Notes under the pieces: model-generated
The model's database searches: none
Told to the model about the DNA's origin: nothing
The model's input: the letters and a program-made list of their open reading frames with translations, nothing else
Part shown: piece after piece, positions 32,673 to 42,822 of the stretch
How positions within the stretch are numbered: position 1 is the stretch's first letter
Layout of the letters: each line of letters begins with the position of its first letter
Translations under genes and position numbers: made by a program
Assembly (NCBI GenBank): GCA_963663545.1
Contig: OY760505.1
Coordinates: forward strand, 3,040,001-3,104,000
Direction: 5' to 3'
Source: Candidatus Delongbacteria bacterium
GTDB lineage: Bacteria > CAIWAD01
DNA: 64,000 nt

Positions 32673-34216
32673 CAGGATCAGTAATGAGCTCTAAGACTGT
32701 AGATATTTCTCACTATGTGACCAGTACCACGGATTCCGTGTATTGCCTGCGCAATCTTCCGCCGGAAGTGTGTGCTGTGCTTTTTGCCTACGTCAGTCGC
32801 AGTCCGGCAAGTTTCCGTGACAATCTGCGGCTATTGCTTTCCCAAGGCGATGTGGACTTGCCAGCGGATCACACTCGCAGCGAGTTTCAGACTGAAAAGG
32901 CCTCGCGCTTTCACGAGAAGTGGGTGCTGGGCTACGGACATAGCAGTGTGGCCGAGCATGCTGAACTGAAGATCGCGGTCGACGAGCTGTCCATTCTGGC
33001 AGCAAAGGCTGTGGAGGACAACCGGCTGGCGGCATTTACTGAGAAGTCGAGTCGCTATCAGGTCTTTGACGCCGATCGCTTTCATTGGCCCGCTGAGATA
33101 GCACAGAGCAAGTGGCGCGAGGAAGCGAAAGGTTTGATCCAAGACCTGTATCACATGTATCACAGCTTGTACGACCCCGTGCGTGCGCAACTTGCTGATG
33201 CACGTCCGCGGCCAGAAGGCCTGAGCGACAAGGCCTGGGAAAGTACACTACACGCCGCTGCCTGCGACGTGATCCGTTACTTGTTGCCAGCAGGCACCAT
33301 GACCAGCATGGGGATCTCGATCAATGCACGTGCCGCCGCTCACATGATACGCAAGCTGCGCGCCAGCGAGCTCGAAGAACTACGCATTCTCGGGGATCGC
33401 TTTTGCGAGGAAGGAAGCCGTATCACGCCAGTACTGCTGAAGTACGCGGCGCCAGGTGCCTTTGCCTCCGGCTGGCAGGAGAGGATTCGTGAGGCAGGCC
33501 GCGAGCCGGTGGAGGAGGCCGTGCACGAGAACCCACAACGTGTGCGCCTGTTAGATTACGATGTCGATGGTGTGGAACGCATTCTAGCGGATCTGCTTTT
33601 CTCCAGCGGTGATACAAGCCTCCTAGCGGCGCGTAAACTTGCTGCCTCGATGTCGACAAACGATCGTCAGGAACTGCTTGCTGCGGCACTGGGCAACATG
33701 GACAAGCACGACTGGCCACCGCGCGCGTTGGAGCAGGCCGGGTTGACGGTTGAGTTCTGTGTGGATTACGGCGCCTTTCGCGATCTGCAGCGACACCGCA
33801 TGTGTACGATCAGCCAGGCTCCTTTGGGCTGTCGCTGGGGTTATGACACTCCTGAAATCTTGGTGGAGAACCGTGAGTATCACGAGTTGATGAAGCGTGC
33901 AACACAATTGTGGCATAAGCTTAACACCGAAAGCCGTGCTGCCGCCCAGTATTTCGTTCCGCTGGCTTTCAGGCAGCGATTCGTGATGAAATTGAATCTG
34001 CGTGAAGCCGAGCATATTATCCGCTTGCGAAGTTCGGCGGCTGGCCATTGGTCTTACCGCCGGGCGGCACAGGATTTGTATCACATCCTGGTTGGCTGCT
34101 ATCCTGAGCTGGAAGCCTACTACAGAGTCGACCTGGAAGAGCACAGTTGGGCAAGAGCAGGCGAAGAGGCGCGTAAGACCCAGCGGCTGCAACAGTCCGA
34201 ATCGGCGGATGCGTGA
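32669..34216 (+). CDS. thyX: FAD-dependent thymidylate synthase, long double-domain form (start may be 32684)
   Basis: GYGHSSVAEH, EKSSRY, RYLLP, DYGAFRDLQRHR, LRS...GHWSYR. Confidence 0.85.
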   Translation: MTGSVMSSKTVDISHYVTSTTDSVYCLRNLPPEVCAVLFAYVSRSPASFRDNLRLLLSQGDVDLPADHTRSEFQTEKASRFHEKWVLGYGHSSVAEHAELKIAVDELSILAAKAVEDNRLAAFTEKSSRYQVFDADRFHWPAEIAQSKWREEAKGLIQDLYHMYHSLYDPVRAQLADARPRPEGLSDKAWESTLHAAACDVIRYLLPAGTMTSMGISINARAAAHMIRKLRASELEELRILGDRFCEEGSRITPVLLKYAAPGAFASGWQERIREAGREPVEEAVHENPQRVRLLDYDVDGVERILADLLFSSGDTSLLAARKLAASMSTNDRQELLAAALGNMDKHDWPPRALEQAGLTVEFCVDYGAFRDLQRHRMCTISQAPLGCRWGYDTPEILVENREYHELMKRATQLWHKLNTESRAAAQYFVPLAFRQRFVMKLNLREAEHIIRLRSSAAGHWSYRRAAQDLYHILVGCYPELEAYYRVDLEEHSWARAGEEARKTQRLQQSESADA

Positions 34217-34286
34217 TCCAAAGAAACGCTCGCGGTGCTATATTGCCGTGTCGCAGGATCGGGCGTAGGGAAGTGATGAGGGAAGA

Positions 34287-34598
34287 ATGAACGAGAATGG
34301 GTATCAGCTTTTCATTGGTGTCGAAGTGACCAGTCGTCTTCAGGACAATCTGGACAACTGCAAACCCGCCATGGCCATGTACTTCAGAGAAGGCCTTCCA
34401 GAGTTTCTCAGCATTGTGCGCATCGGCGACAAGGACTACATCGGACGTCCGGTAGACAACCACTTTCCCTGTCAGGATTTGGACAATGTCTATCGCAATG
34501 TGCTGAGCCTTTTGAAGAAAATCGTGCCGAACTTTCGCCTTGAGGCTGAAAAAGTGGGCATTCACGCATTGCCCCAACCCTTGCGTCACATGCTGTAG
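34287..34598 (+). CDS. Hypothetical protein
   Basis: 103-aa ORF with SD GAGGG; no recognised motif. Confidence 0.6.
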   Translation: MNENGYQLFIGVEVTSRLQDNLDNCKPAMAMYFREGLPEFLSIVRIGDKDYIGRPVDNHFPCQDLDNVYRNVLSLLKKIVPNFRLEAEKVGIHALPQPLRHML

Positions 34599-34620
34599 TG
34601 CTCTGCTGGCTCAGGAAAGA

Positions 34621-35166
34621 CTAACGGACCGAGATGTAGTATTCGCCGTTCCCACTAATGAGATCTCGTTCCTCCAGCAGGGGTAGCAGTTTTTCCCATT
34701 CCGGAAGATAGCTCGCCCACATTTTGCCCAGCTCATCCCGGTGATAGAAGTGGCGTGGCCGCAGTGATGCTGCAAACCATTGTAGCAGAATCTCGCGCTG
34801 GCGCGGGTGCTGTGGCAGGATCCCTTCGGCACGCGACAGGAAGCGACGGATTACTAGCTCACGGTAACGTCGCGAGCATCCATCCTGGTCTTCACGCTCC
34901 TGTATCAAGGAATCCAGCCAATGACGAAGCTCGTGAAGCTGACCTGTACGCAGATAATAATCGCGGTGCTTCCCACTCTGGCGGCTACCGACCAGGCCCG
35001 CTTGCCGCAACTGCTGAAGATGATGACTGACAGTGGCGACATGCAGACCGGTTTCTTCCGCCAGATCGCTGACGCCCCAGTCTGCCTGTGCCAGTAAGGC
35101 CAGGATTCCGCAGCGCTGCGGATCTCCCATCAATCGACCCAAATGACTCATGGTTTTGTTTGGCAT
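34621..35166 (-). CDS. ArsR/SmtB-family regulator with DUF2087-like C-terminal region
   Basis: DPQRCGILALL, VSDLAE, TVSHHLQQLRQAGLV; SD GGAGG. Confidence 0.8.
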   Translation of the reverse strand: MPNKTMSHLGRLMGDPQRCGILALLAQADWGVSDLAEETGLHVATVSHHLQQLRQAGLVGSRQSGKHRDYYLRTGQLHELRHWLDSLIQEREDQDGCSRRYRELVIRRFLSRAEGILPQHPRQREILLQWFAASLRPRHFYHRDELGKMWASYLPEWEKLLPLLEERDLISGNGEYYISVR

Positions 35167-35407
35167 GACGCTACACCTCCGCAGCAACACCTTAACCCAC
35201 AATCTACCACACATTAATTGCAGAAAAAACAAGAGTAGAGGTTGTGGCTGCTTTATAGACAATCTCAATGGACAGGTAGGCGTGCGCGGTTCCTTCCTGG
35301 CGACGTGCGACAAATGCTAAAGGCATGAGCTATCTAATTATATAAATATCAACATGAACACTTGGTTTCTGGATAGTAGAAAATGAGCATTCTTTGCTCT
35401 TCTTCCC

Positions 35408-35465
35408 TTGACATCGCTAGGTCAGAGGTGGTAGATTATTGGGGACGATTGTGGTAATTGGTGGG
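35408..35465 (+). promoter_or_regulatory. dcw promoter overlapped by MraZ-box-like repeats
   Basis: TTGACA (35408), 18 bp spacer, extended -10 TGnTAGATT; GTGGT/TGGGG/GTGGT/GTGGG at 35428, 35440, 35451, 35461. Confidence 0.7.
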
Positions 35466-35477
35466 AGCAGCACTCAG

Positions 35478-35927
35478 ATGGCAACCAAGTTCCGCGGAGA
35501 GTATGACTACGCCCTTGATGAGAAGGGCCGCGTCAAGATTCCGGCCGCCTTCAAGGAGGGGCTGGGAGCCGTGGAGGGTTGCGTACTCTATCTCCTGCGA
35601 GACATTGAAGAGTGTATCGCCATGTACACTGCTGAGGAGTATGAGAAGCTAGCGGAGAAACTGGAGGGCGTCAGCGGCATGAGTCGTCGCGGTCGTCAGC
35701 TCGTTAGGCGACTGATCTCTTCGGTTTTCGAGTGCCCCGTAGACGCCCAGGGTCGGGTAAAACTGCCGCAGAAACTGGTCGAGCACGCACAACTGCAAAA
35801 GGGCGGCACCATCACCCTCGCCGGATTTCGCAACTACGTACAGATCTGGAATCCTGCCACCTACCTGCAATCGATGGAGGACGCAGAGGGCGTTCTCAGC
35901 GAAGATGATCTTGAACTGGACCTCTAA
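35478..35927 (+). CDS. mraZ: Transcriptional regulator MraZ
   Basis: FRGEY...LDEKGRVKIP, DAQGRVKLP, QIW. Confidence 0.95.
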   Translation: MATKFRGEYDYALDEKGRVKIPAAFKEGLGAVEGCVLYLLRDIEECIAMYTAEEYEKLAEKLEGVSGMSRRGRQLVRRLISSVFECPVDAQGRVKLPQKLVEHAQLQKGGTITLAGFRNYVQIWNPATYLQSMEDAEGVLSEDDLELDL

Positions 35928-36220
35928 TGCATATCGTTCGACGTCAGGCAAGCAATGCGGATGTGTACCGCCTGAAGGGGAGGCTGAGTGCCCCGGCTGC
36001 AGCACAACTGAGTTTCATTGTGACACACCTAGCTAATTCCCGCGATCTGTTCTTCGATTGTAGACAGGTAACGGGAATGGAAGGGGCGCCTGCATCGGAT
36101 ATGCTGAAGGACGTGTTACAACGGGCACCCAAGGGTACGCGCGTACGAATCAGCGGTCTGCCGGACCAGGTGATTCAGGGGCATTCGCGTCAAGGGCTTC
36201 CCCGGGAAATTTTCGTCTGA
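35927..36220 (+). CDS. STAS-like small protein
   Basis: RLKGRLSA...LFFDCRQVTGMEG pattern; TAATG overlap with mraZ. Confidence 0.5.
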   Translation: MHIVRRQASNADVYRLKGRLSAPAAAQLSFIVTHLANSRDLFFDCRQVTGMEGAPASDMLKDVLQRAPKGTRVRISGLPDQVIQGHSRQGLPREIFV

Positions 36221-36222
36221 CC

Positions 36223-37146
36223 ATGTATCACGAACCCGTCATGTTGCAGGAGGTGCTTTCGTTTTGGTTTACCTCCCCGGTTGGGCTCTACCTCGACGGA
36301 ACGGTTGGCGGCGGTGGTCATAGCCGGGAGTTGCTGAAGCGACTCGCACCCGAAGGGCGATTGATCGTCCTTGACCGCGATCCGGAAGCCCTGGAAACGG
36401 GCGCCGCAGACGTGGTGGCGGATTCTCGTGTCACAGCGTATCAGCTGAATTACAGCCAGATACACACGCTGCCCGGACTCTCCGAGCAAGTGGACGGCGT
36501 TATGCTAGACCTAGGAACTTCGAGTCACCAATTGGACACTGCGACGCGCGGCTTCTCATTTATGCACGACGGCCCCTTGGATATGCGCATGAACGCATGT
36601 ACCGGAGAAAGCGCAGCACAGCTGATAGCGCGAGTATCCGAGGCGGAGTTGGGACGCCTGTTGCGTGACTATGGCGATGTGCGCGCCTGGCGTAGACTGG
36701 CGGCTGCCATTGTATCACAACGAGAGCAAAAAAAGATCGAGCGCACACTGGGGCTGGCCGCGCTGGTGGAGGGCGTGGTCGGTTCCAGTGGCAGTTACAA
36801 AGTACTTAGTCAGGTGTTTCAAGCGTTACGAATCGCAGTTAACCAAGAATTCGAGGGCATCGAAGAGTTCTTGGATCACGCACTTGATCTGCTGAAACCC
36901 GGTGGTCGTCTCGCAATAATCAGCTTCCATAGCGGTGAGGACGCGCTCATCAAACGTCGCTTCCGCTCCTGGTGTGAAGCACGACCGGTAAATCGTCATC
37001 TGCCCGTTCAGGAAGAGTTTCAGCCTCTGGCTCGCGATCTGGTTCGTGGTGGCGAGGTGGCAGAACCCAGCGAGCAAGAGCGCAATTCACGTGCACGCAG
37101 TGCCAGGTTGCGCGTTGTAGAGAAACTGCAGACGAGGGCATCATGA
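36223..37146 (+). CDS. rsmH: 16S rRNA m4C1402 methyltransferase
   Basis: HEPVML, DGTVGGGGHS, RGFSF..DGPLDMRM, FQALRIAVN, RSARLR. Confidence 0.97.
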   Translation: MYHEPVMLQEVLSFWFTSPVGLYLDGTVGGGGHSRELLKRLAPEGRLIVLDRDPEALETGAADVVADSRVTAYQLNYSQIHTLPGLSEQVDGVMLDLGTSSHQLDTATRGFSFMHDGPLDMRMNACTGESAAQLIARVSEAELGRLLRDYGDVRAWRRLAAAIVSQREQKKIERTLGLAALVEGVVGSSGSYKVLSQVFQALRIAVNQEFEGIEEFLDHALDLLKPGGRLAIISFHSGEDALIKRRFRSWCEARPVNRHLPVQEEFQPLARDLVRGGEVAEPSEQERNSRARSARLRVVEKLQTRAS

Positions 37147-37523
37147 AGAAGCAGAACGTGGGCGCGCTGCGAATCAGTGAGCAGTTCGGTTTTCTTTGGC
37201 GGCTTCTGCCCGTGCTGTTGTTCGGCGTCAGTCTCTTGCTGGTGAAGGTGTGGAAAGAAGTTGCTCTGGGCGACATGAATCGCCAAGTCTTTGCGCTACG
37301 TGGACAGCTTGCCGCTCTGGAAGCCCGTCACATGCAACTCGATACCGAGTATCGCGAACTCACGGCCTTTGCACGCATCGAGCGTGAGGCCGCACAACGC
37401 TTGGGAATGGTCTACGGTAGTACTGCGGGAGACATCGAATTGCGTGCCGGCCTGGTGGAGCCCGGCAGACCTGTGCTACAAACAGAAGCTCAACTACAGG
37501 GGGCTCGTGCATGCACAAGGTAG
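37143..37523 (+). CDS. ftsL: Cell division protein FtsL-like
   Basis: One TM plus coiled coil, RIEREA..LGM; position between rsmH and ftsI. Confidence 0.8.
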   Translation: MKKQNVGALRISEQFGFLWRLLPVLLFGVSLLLVKVWKEVALGDMNRQVFALRGQLAALEARHMQLDTEYRELTAFARIEREAAQRLGMVYGSTAGDIELRAGLVEPGRPVLQTEAQLQGARACTR

Positions 37524-39421
37524 GCCTAAAGCCTTCACCTTTGCGTCACAAGGGTCGGGTCCTGGCACTGCAGGTGTTGGGCCTGATGCTGTTTGTAGCC
37601 GTTGGTGCAAAATTGTTCGTACTACAGGTCGTGTGGCACGATCGCCTCGATGCCATTGCACAGCGGCAGTTCTACGGTCACAGTCCGATCCAGGCACCCC
37701 GTGGCACCATCAGTGATCGTGATGGCCGATTGCTGGCCGTGGAGCTTCAGCGAGTTTACCGGCTAACTGCGGCTCCCGATAGCGTGTATCACGCCCGGGC
37801 ACTTGCCGACAGCTTGTCTCACATCTTGCACCGTCCGGCCCGTGAGCTCCGCCACATCCTGCAAAGTCAGGCGAATCGTGTGCGAGTGGCGGATGCGCTG
37901 GATATGGACCAGGCTGCTGCTGTTCGCAGTCTGCAGCACAACGGGCTCTTCCTGGAGGAGACCGGGGTGCGACGCTATCCTAATGGCAGCATTGCAGGCA
38001 ACTTGCTGGGCAGTGTGGATTTTCACGGCCATGGCGTCAGCGGGGTCGAATCCGCTTGCGACAGTTTGCTCTGTGGTACACCGGGTGAGGAGTATTACCT
38101 GCGGTTTGCCAGTGGCCGTCCAATGAAGACGATCTCCAATGATGATCTGCAACGTCGTGATGCAATGCCCGGTGCTGAAATTGCACTCAGTATCGACCTG
38201 AGGTACCAAACCATCGCCGAGGAAGAGCTGGCCGCTGCTGTGGAGAAATGGCACGCGAAGTCAGCACAGGTGATTATGCTGGATTCGTCTACGGGCGAAG
38301 TATTAGCGTTGGTGACACAACCTGGATTCAATCCCGACTCGCGCGATGTCTACCAGCCTGATGCGGCCCGCATGCGCTGCATCATGGATCAGTACGAACC
38401 CGGTTCCACGCTGAAGGCCATCACGTATGCTGCCGCCTACGAAAGCGGTGTTGTGCGTGATCCGGAAGAGCGTCTCTATTGCCACGAGGGTAACTACCGC
38501 GTCGCCAACCGCGTGATACACGACTCCAATCGCGATGGTTACGATACCCTTAGCGTGTCCGAAATCTTTTCCAACAGTTCCAACATTGGCACCGTTTTGC
38601 TGGCACAGCGCATGGATCACGAGGACCTATACGTAATGCTGCGCAATTTCGGCTTTGGCTGTCCGACAGGAATCGAGCTGGGCGGAGAGTGCAGCGGAAG
38701 CCTGCCTCGCCTTTCCCAGTGGGGGCCTGTGGAATTCGCCAACATCGCCATGGGACAGGGTGTTGCCGTTAACGCATTGCAAGTAGCCTGTGCCTTCGGC
38801 GCAGTGATGAATGACGGCGTTTTGATGCGTCCGCAGTTGATCCACGCTGTGCGAGGACCGGAACTGAACCGCGTCAGTCAGCCCGTCGTTGTGCGTAGGG
38901 TAATCAGCAAGGAATCCGCCCGTTGGTTGCGTAGCATGATGCGTCGCGTCGTCGAGGATGGTACCGCGCCCGCGGCTGCCATTGAGGGCCAAATCGTGTA
39001 CGGCAAGACGGGAACAGCGCAGAAGGTGGATCCTGAAAGCCATCGCTATTCGCATCACGACTACGTCAGCAGTTTTGTGGGTATGACCGAGATCAACGGG
39101 CGTCCCCTGGTTTGCCTTGTGCTGCTGGATACACCACGCGGAGCCGTTTACGGTGGGACAACAGCTGCCCCGGTGTTTCGCAAGGTCTGCGAGCGCGTGA
39201 TGCAACTGGAGGAAGGCAGCCAGCACGACAATTCCCCCTACTATTGGGTAGGAAAGCCTGTGCCGCAGCGTTCTTCAGAAAACGAGTCAGGGAGTCTGCG
39301 TGCTGAGCTACGCGAAGTCAGTGCCTGGGCTTCTGACATTCACTTGCAGGGACAGGGACATCGCTGCGTCAGTGTATCACGCAAGGATAACAATACCGAA
39401 GCCGTGCTTCGTTTGAACTGA
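37511..39421 (+). CDS. ftsI: Class B penicillin-binding protein (PBP3)
   Basis: RGTISDRDG, EPGSTLK (SxxK), SSN, KTGT. Confidence 0.95.
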   Translation: MHKVGLKPSPLRHKGRVLALQVLGLMLFVAVGAKLFVLQVVWHDRLDAIAQRQFYGHSPIQAPRGTISDRDGRLLAVELQRVYRLTAAPDSVYHARALADSLSHILHRPARELRHILQSQANRVRVADALDMDQAAAVRSLQHNGLFLEETGVRRYPNGSIAGNLLGSVDFHGHGVSGVESACDSLLCGTPGEEYYLRFASGRPMKTISNDDLQRRDAMPGAEIALSIDLRYQTIAEEELAAAVEKWHAKSAQVIMLDSSTGEVLALVTQPGFNPDSRDVYQPDAARMRCIMDQYEPGSTLKAITYAAAYESGVVRDPEERLYCHEGNYRVANRVIHDSNRDGYDTLSVSEIFSNSSNIGTVLLAQRMDHEDLYVMLRNFGFGCPTGIELGGECSGSLPRLSQWGPVEFANIAMGQGVAVNALQVACAFGAVMNDGVLMRPQLIHAVRGPELNRVSQPVVVRRVISKESARWLRSMMRRVVEDGTAPAAAIEGQIVYGKTGTAQKVDPESHRYSHHDYVSSFVGMTEINGRPLVCLVLLDTPRGAVYGGTTAAPVFRKVCERVMQLEEGSQHDNSPYYWVGKPVPQRSSENESGSLRAELREVSAWASDIHLQGQGHRCVSVSRKDNNTEAVLRLN

Positions 39422-39428
39422 GGTCGGA

Positions 39429-40787
39429 ATGCGTTGGACCAGTGGACAGTTGAGTTCCATTCTTCGTCTGCCACAGACGGAGGATCGGCCCATTCAGGGC
39501 CGACTGCTGCTGGATTCGCGACAGGCTCAACAGGATGACCTCTTTGTTGCTCTAAACGGCGAACACACAAATGGACACCTGTTTGTCCCGCAAGCTCTTG
39601 CGCAGGGAGCCTGGGTGCTAGCCGAGACAAGTCAGGCTCAGAGCCTAGGCGTGCACCCGAAGGTGCTGCTGGTTGAGGACTGCCGAAACGCACTGGAGAC
39701 CCTCGCATCAGCCGCGAGGGATTTGTATCACGGTGACCTTGTTGCCATTACCGGCTCAAACGGCAAGACGACGACCAAGGAACTCGTGTATCACCTGGTG
39801 GCTGCCGATCGTCGTTGTGACGCCACAAAGGGAAACCTGAACAGCACGCTAGGTGTACCGCTGACACTGATCAACGAGCTGGATCAGCAGGATTGCTTCG
39901 TTCTTGAGGCTGGTGCCAGTGCTCCTGGAGAGATCGCTCGTATCTGCCGCATAGCTCGTCCAACTCATGGATGTATCACCAACCTTGCCGTAGCACACCT
40001 GGAGCGTTTCGGAAGCTTAGAGGGAGTAGCAAAGGCCAAGGGCGAGTTGATGCAGTGGATGGCAGACAGCGATGGTTGTGCCATTGTCAACGAAGGTGAT
40101 CCGCTGATTTCGAGTTTGGCTAAACACGTATCACGCCGCAAAGGCTTCAATCTTGCGACCGGATTGCTTCCAGGCGGACATCGTCTACAGATGAATGGAT
40201 ACGATGATCAGGCGCGCGCTTGCCTAAGCCTGGATGGCCACGAGCTACGTCTGGGGGTTCCCGGAAAAGCCTTTTTGCATTGTGCGTTTGCAGCGTTGGC
40301 GATCGCGCTGGCGCTTGAGGTGCCTGTAGCACTTGCACTGGAAATTCTCTCTCAGCCAATAACGCTGAGTGGACGCATGCGTGTGATACACGCCAAGGGA
40401 ATCACGCTACTGGATGATTGCTACAACTCTAATCCGGCCTCGCTAGCGGCTGCAATAGACACCATGTCGCACATGACATGTAGTGGAAAGCGCATTGCTG
40501 TGTTGGGTGGTATGGGTGAGCTGGGCGCCGAAAGCGAACGATTGCATTTCGAGGCAGGCAAGGAAGCCGCCAAGGCTGCTATTGATCGATTCCTGGTGGT
40601 GGGTACTGAATCCCACGTCCACTCATTGGCAGAGGGATTGCGCAGTAGCGGTGCAGCTGTTGGTGATCCACTGGACCGTGAGGCAGCGGGACGTTTGCTG
40701 CAGCGGGAATGCGTCCCGGGTGACATTGTCTTGCTCAAGGGCAGCCGTTCCTATGGCCTAGAGAAACTGCTGGAGGCCTGGCTGTGA
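39429..40787 (+). CDS. murF: UDP-MurNAc-tripeptide--D-Ala-D-Ala ligase
   Basis: ITGSNGKTTTKE, GVPLTL, DDCYNSNP, MGELG, KGSR. Confidence 0.95.
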   Translation: MRWTSGQLSSILRLPQTEDRPIQGRLLLDSRQAQQDDLFVALNGEHTNGHLFVPQALAQGAWVLAETSQAQSLGVHPKVLLVEDCRNALETLASAARDLYHGDLVAITGSNGKTTTKELVYHLVAADRRCDATKGNLNSTLGVPLTLINELDQQDCFVLEAGASAPGEIARICRIARPTHGCITNLAVAHLERFGSLEGVAKAKGELMQWMADSDGCAIVNEGDPLISSLAKHVSRRKGFNLATGLLPGGHRLQMNGYDDQARACLSLDGHELRLGVPGKAFLHCAFAALAIALALEVPVALALEILSQPITLSGRMRVIHAKGITLLDDCYNSNPASLAAAIDTMSHMTCSGKRIAVLGGMGELGAESERLHFEAGKEAAKAAIDRFLVVGTESHVHSLAEGLRSSGAAVGDPLDREAAGRLLQRECVPGDIVLLKGSRSYGLEKLLEAWL

Positions 40788-41914
40788 GCGAATCACGCGC
40801 ATACACCGAGCCTGTTTTTGGAAGGCCCGCCAAGATCGATCGCATGCTGGCCATCAGCCTGTTGCTGATTATTGGTGCGGGATGTATCACAGTCTATTCC
40901 GCCTCGTCAGCCCATGGCATGATGAACAGCCATGGCCGTGCCGGACATTTTCTTTTCAGTCATTTGCGCAACCTGGCCGTCGGTTTGAGCGCCTGTCTGA
41001 TCATGATGCGCGTGGACTATCATCGGTTGCGAAGTTTTGCATTGCCGCTCATGCTGCTGACCATTGCCGGTCTCGTACTCACGCTAACCCTGGGGCATCG
41101 CATCAACGGCTCCATTCGCTGGTTCTCGCTGGGACCGCTGCGCGTGCAGCTTGCCGAGCCTTGTCGCTTTGCGGTAGTGCTCTTTCTTGCATCACGCCTT
41201 GCCGCTGTGCAGGACTTTCGCAAGCAATGGATCACCGTCTTACCCACAGCCGGATTGGTAGCCGTGTGTCTGGGATTGATCTACCTGCAGCCGAACTATT
41301 CTACGCTGATGATCATCGCTCTGGTGGCGGGAGGTATGTTCTTTCTGGCTGGCGTTCCCATGCTATGGATATCATTGGCGGGGGTCAGCTTGAGCGTCCC
41401 TGCTGTGATACTGCTGATGAAGGCGCTCTATCGTAGCCACCGAGTTCTTGAGTGGAAAGCTGGCTTCCTGAGTGCCATTCACCCGACCGATCAGGTGATG
41501 CAATCCTACATCGCACTTGGACGCGGCGGCATCGAAGGACGCGGTGTCGGCGAAAGCCTGCAGAAGCTCTTTTATCTGCCGGAGCCTTTCAACGATTTCA
41601 TTTTCTCGATCTGGGGAGAAGAGTGGGGTCTTGTTGGCTGCCTGCTGTTGCTCGCCATCTACGCTTTCGTCTTTCTACGTGGGCTGAATATCATGCGTCG
41701 TACGCGTGATGAGTTTGGCCGCATGCTTGCCGGCGGTGTCACCCTGGTTTTCTTCATGCAGACGGCGATCAACCTGATGACGGTCACTGGACTAATGCCA
41801 CCCACGGGGCAGGCGCTACCGCTGTTCTCCTACGGCGGATCCTCCATGGTGACCATGATGGGCGCGCTAGGCATTCTCCTCAATATCAGCTATCAGGCAC
41901 GGAGGCTCGACTGA
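40784..41914 (+). CDS. ftsW: SEDS peptidoglycan glycosyltransferase
   Basis: NGSIRW, YLPEPFNDFIFSIWGEEWG, LPLFSYGGSS. Confidence 0.95.
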   Translation: MSESRAYTEPVFGRPAKIDRMLAISLLLIIGAGCITVYSASSAHGMMNSHGRAGHFLFSHLRNLAVGLSACLIMMRVDYHRLRSFALPLMLLTIAGLVLTLTLGHRINGSIRWFSLGPLRVQLAEPCRFAVVLFLASRLAAVQDFRKQWITVLPTAGLVAVCLGLIYLQPNYSTLMIIALVAGGMFFLAGVPMLWISLAGVSLSVPAVILLMKALYRSHRVLEWKAGFLSAIHPTDQVMQSYIALGRGGIEGRGVGESLQKLFYLPEPFNDFIFSIWGEEWGLVGCLLLLAIYAFVFLRGLNIMRRTRDEFGRMLAGGVTLVFFMQTAINLMTVTGLMPPTGQALPLFSYGGSSMVTMMGALGILLNISYQARRLD

Positions 41915-42822
41915 TGAATGCCGGCTTCCAGAGTGCGCTGACACGTATTGAAGTGGCTCTACCAGGGCGTTGCCAGCGTGATGCATCATTGGCAGAACTC
42001 AGTCACTGGCGCATCGGAGGCCCCGCGGCTCTCCTCGTTGTGCCCGAGAGTGCTGAAGAATTGTCACGCTTGCTAAGTGTTTGTGCTACACATGATCTGC
42101 CTTGGTGGATCGTTGGCCGCGGTTCCAACTTGCTTTTTGCCGACGAAGGACTGGCTGGTGTCGTGATACGGCTTGGATCGGGCTTCGAGAGAATGGAATT
42201 CGACAGCCCGTTCGTTACGGTCGGTGCGGCCTTGCGTGCGCGGCCCTTGAGCCTGGCGGCAGCTGAGCGTGGCCTTTCAGGATTGGAGTTCGCGGCTGGG
42301 ATTCCAGCTACCGTTGGTGGCATGTTGCGCATGAATGCAGGTGCGCACGGCGGCGAGATCAGTGGGCTGGTGCGTCACGTCAATGTTGTAGAACAAGACG
42401 GCACCCTGCGCACATTGAGTGCGGAAGAGATGGGGTTTGCATATCGCAAATGTGAGGCTCTGCAAAAGCGCATTGCGGTCGAAGCCGTGCTTGAACTTGG
42501 CATTGGTGATACCGCTTCCATTCAAGAATGCACACGTGAAATGCTGCGGCATCGTCGTGAGACACAACCGCTTGATTATCCTTCCTGCGGCAGTGTCTTC
42601 AAGCGACCGGCAACAGGAGCTCCCGGGCAATTGATTGAAGCGGCGGGACTGAAAGGACGAAAGATCGGTGGCATACGTGTGTCACAGATGCATGCAAACT
42701 TCTTCGTGAATGAAGGCGGTGGAAAGGCCAGAGATGTTCTGGCACTAGTTGAGCTAGTCAAGCAAGCGGTGCTTGAGCATAGTGGTGTGACACTCGAAGA
42801 GGAGTTCCACTATGTCCACTGA
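41914..42822 (+). CDS. murB: UDP-N-acetylenolpyruvoylglucosamine reductase
   Basis: GRGSNLL, GIPATVGG..RMNAGA, GSVFKRP, HANF. Confidence 0.96.
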   Translation: MNAGFQSALTRIEVALPGRCQRDASLAELSHWRIGGPAALLVVPESAEELSRLLSVCATHDLPWWIVGRGSNLLFADEGLAGVVIRLGSGFERMEFDSPFVTVGAALRARPLSLAAAERGLSGLEFAAGIPATVGGMLRMNAGAHGGEISGLVRHVNVVEQDGTLRTLSAEEMGFAYRKCEALQKRIAVEAVLELGIGDTASIQECTREMLRHRRETQPLDYPSCGSVFKRPATGAPGQLIEAAGLKGRKIGGIRVSQMHANFFVNEGGGKARDVLALVELVKQAVLEHSGVTLEEEFHYVH

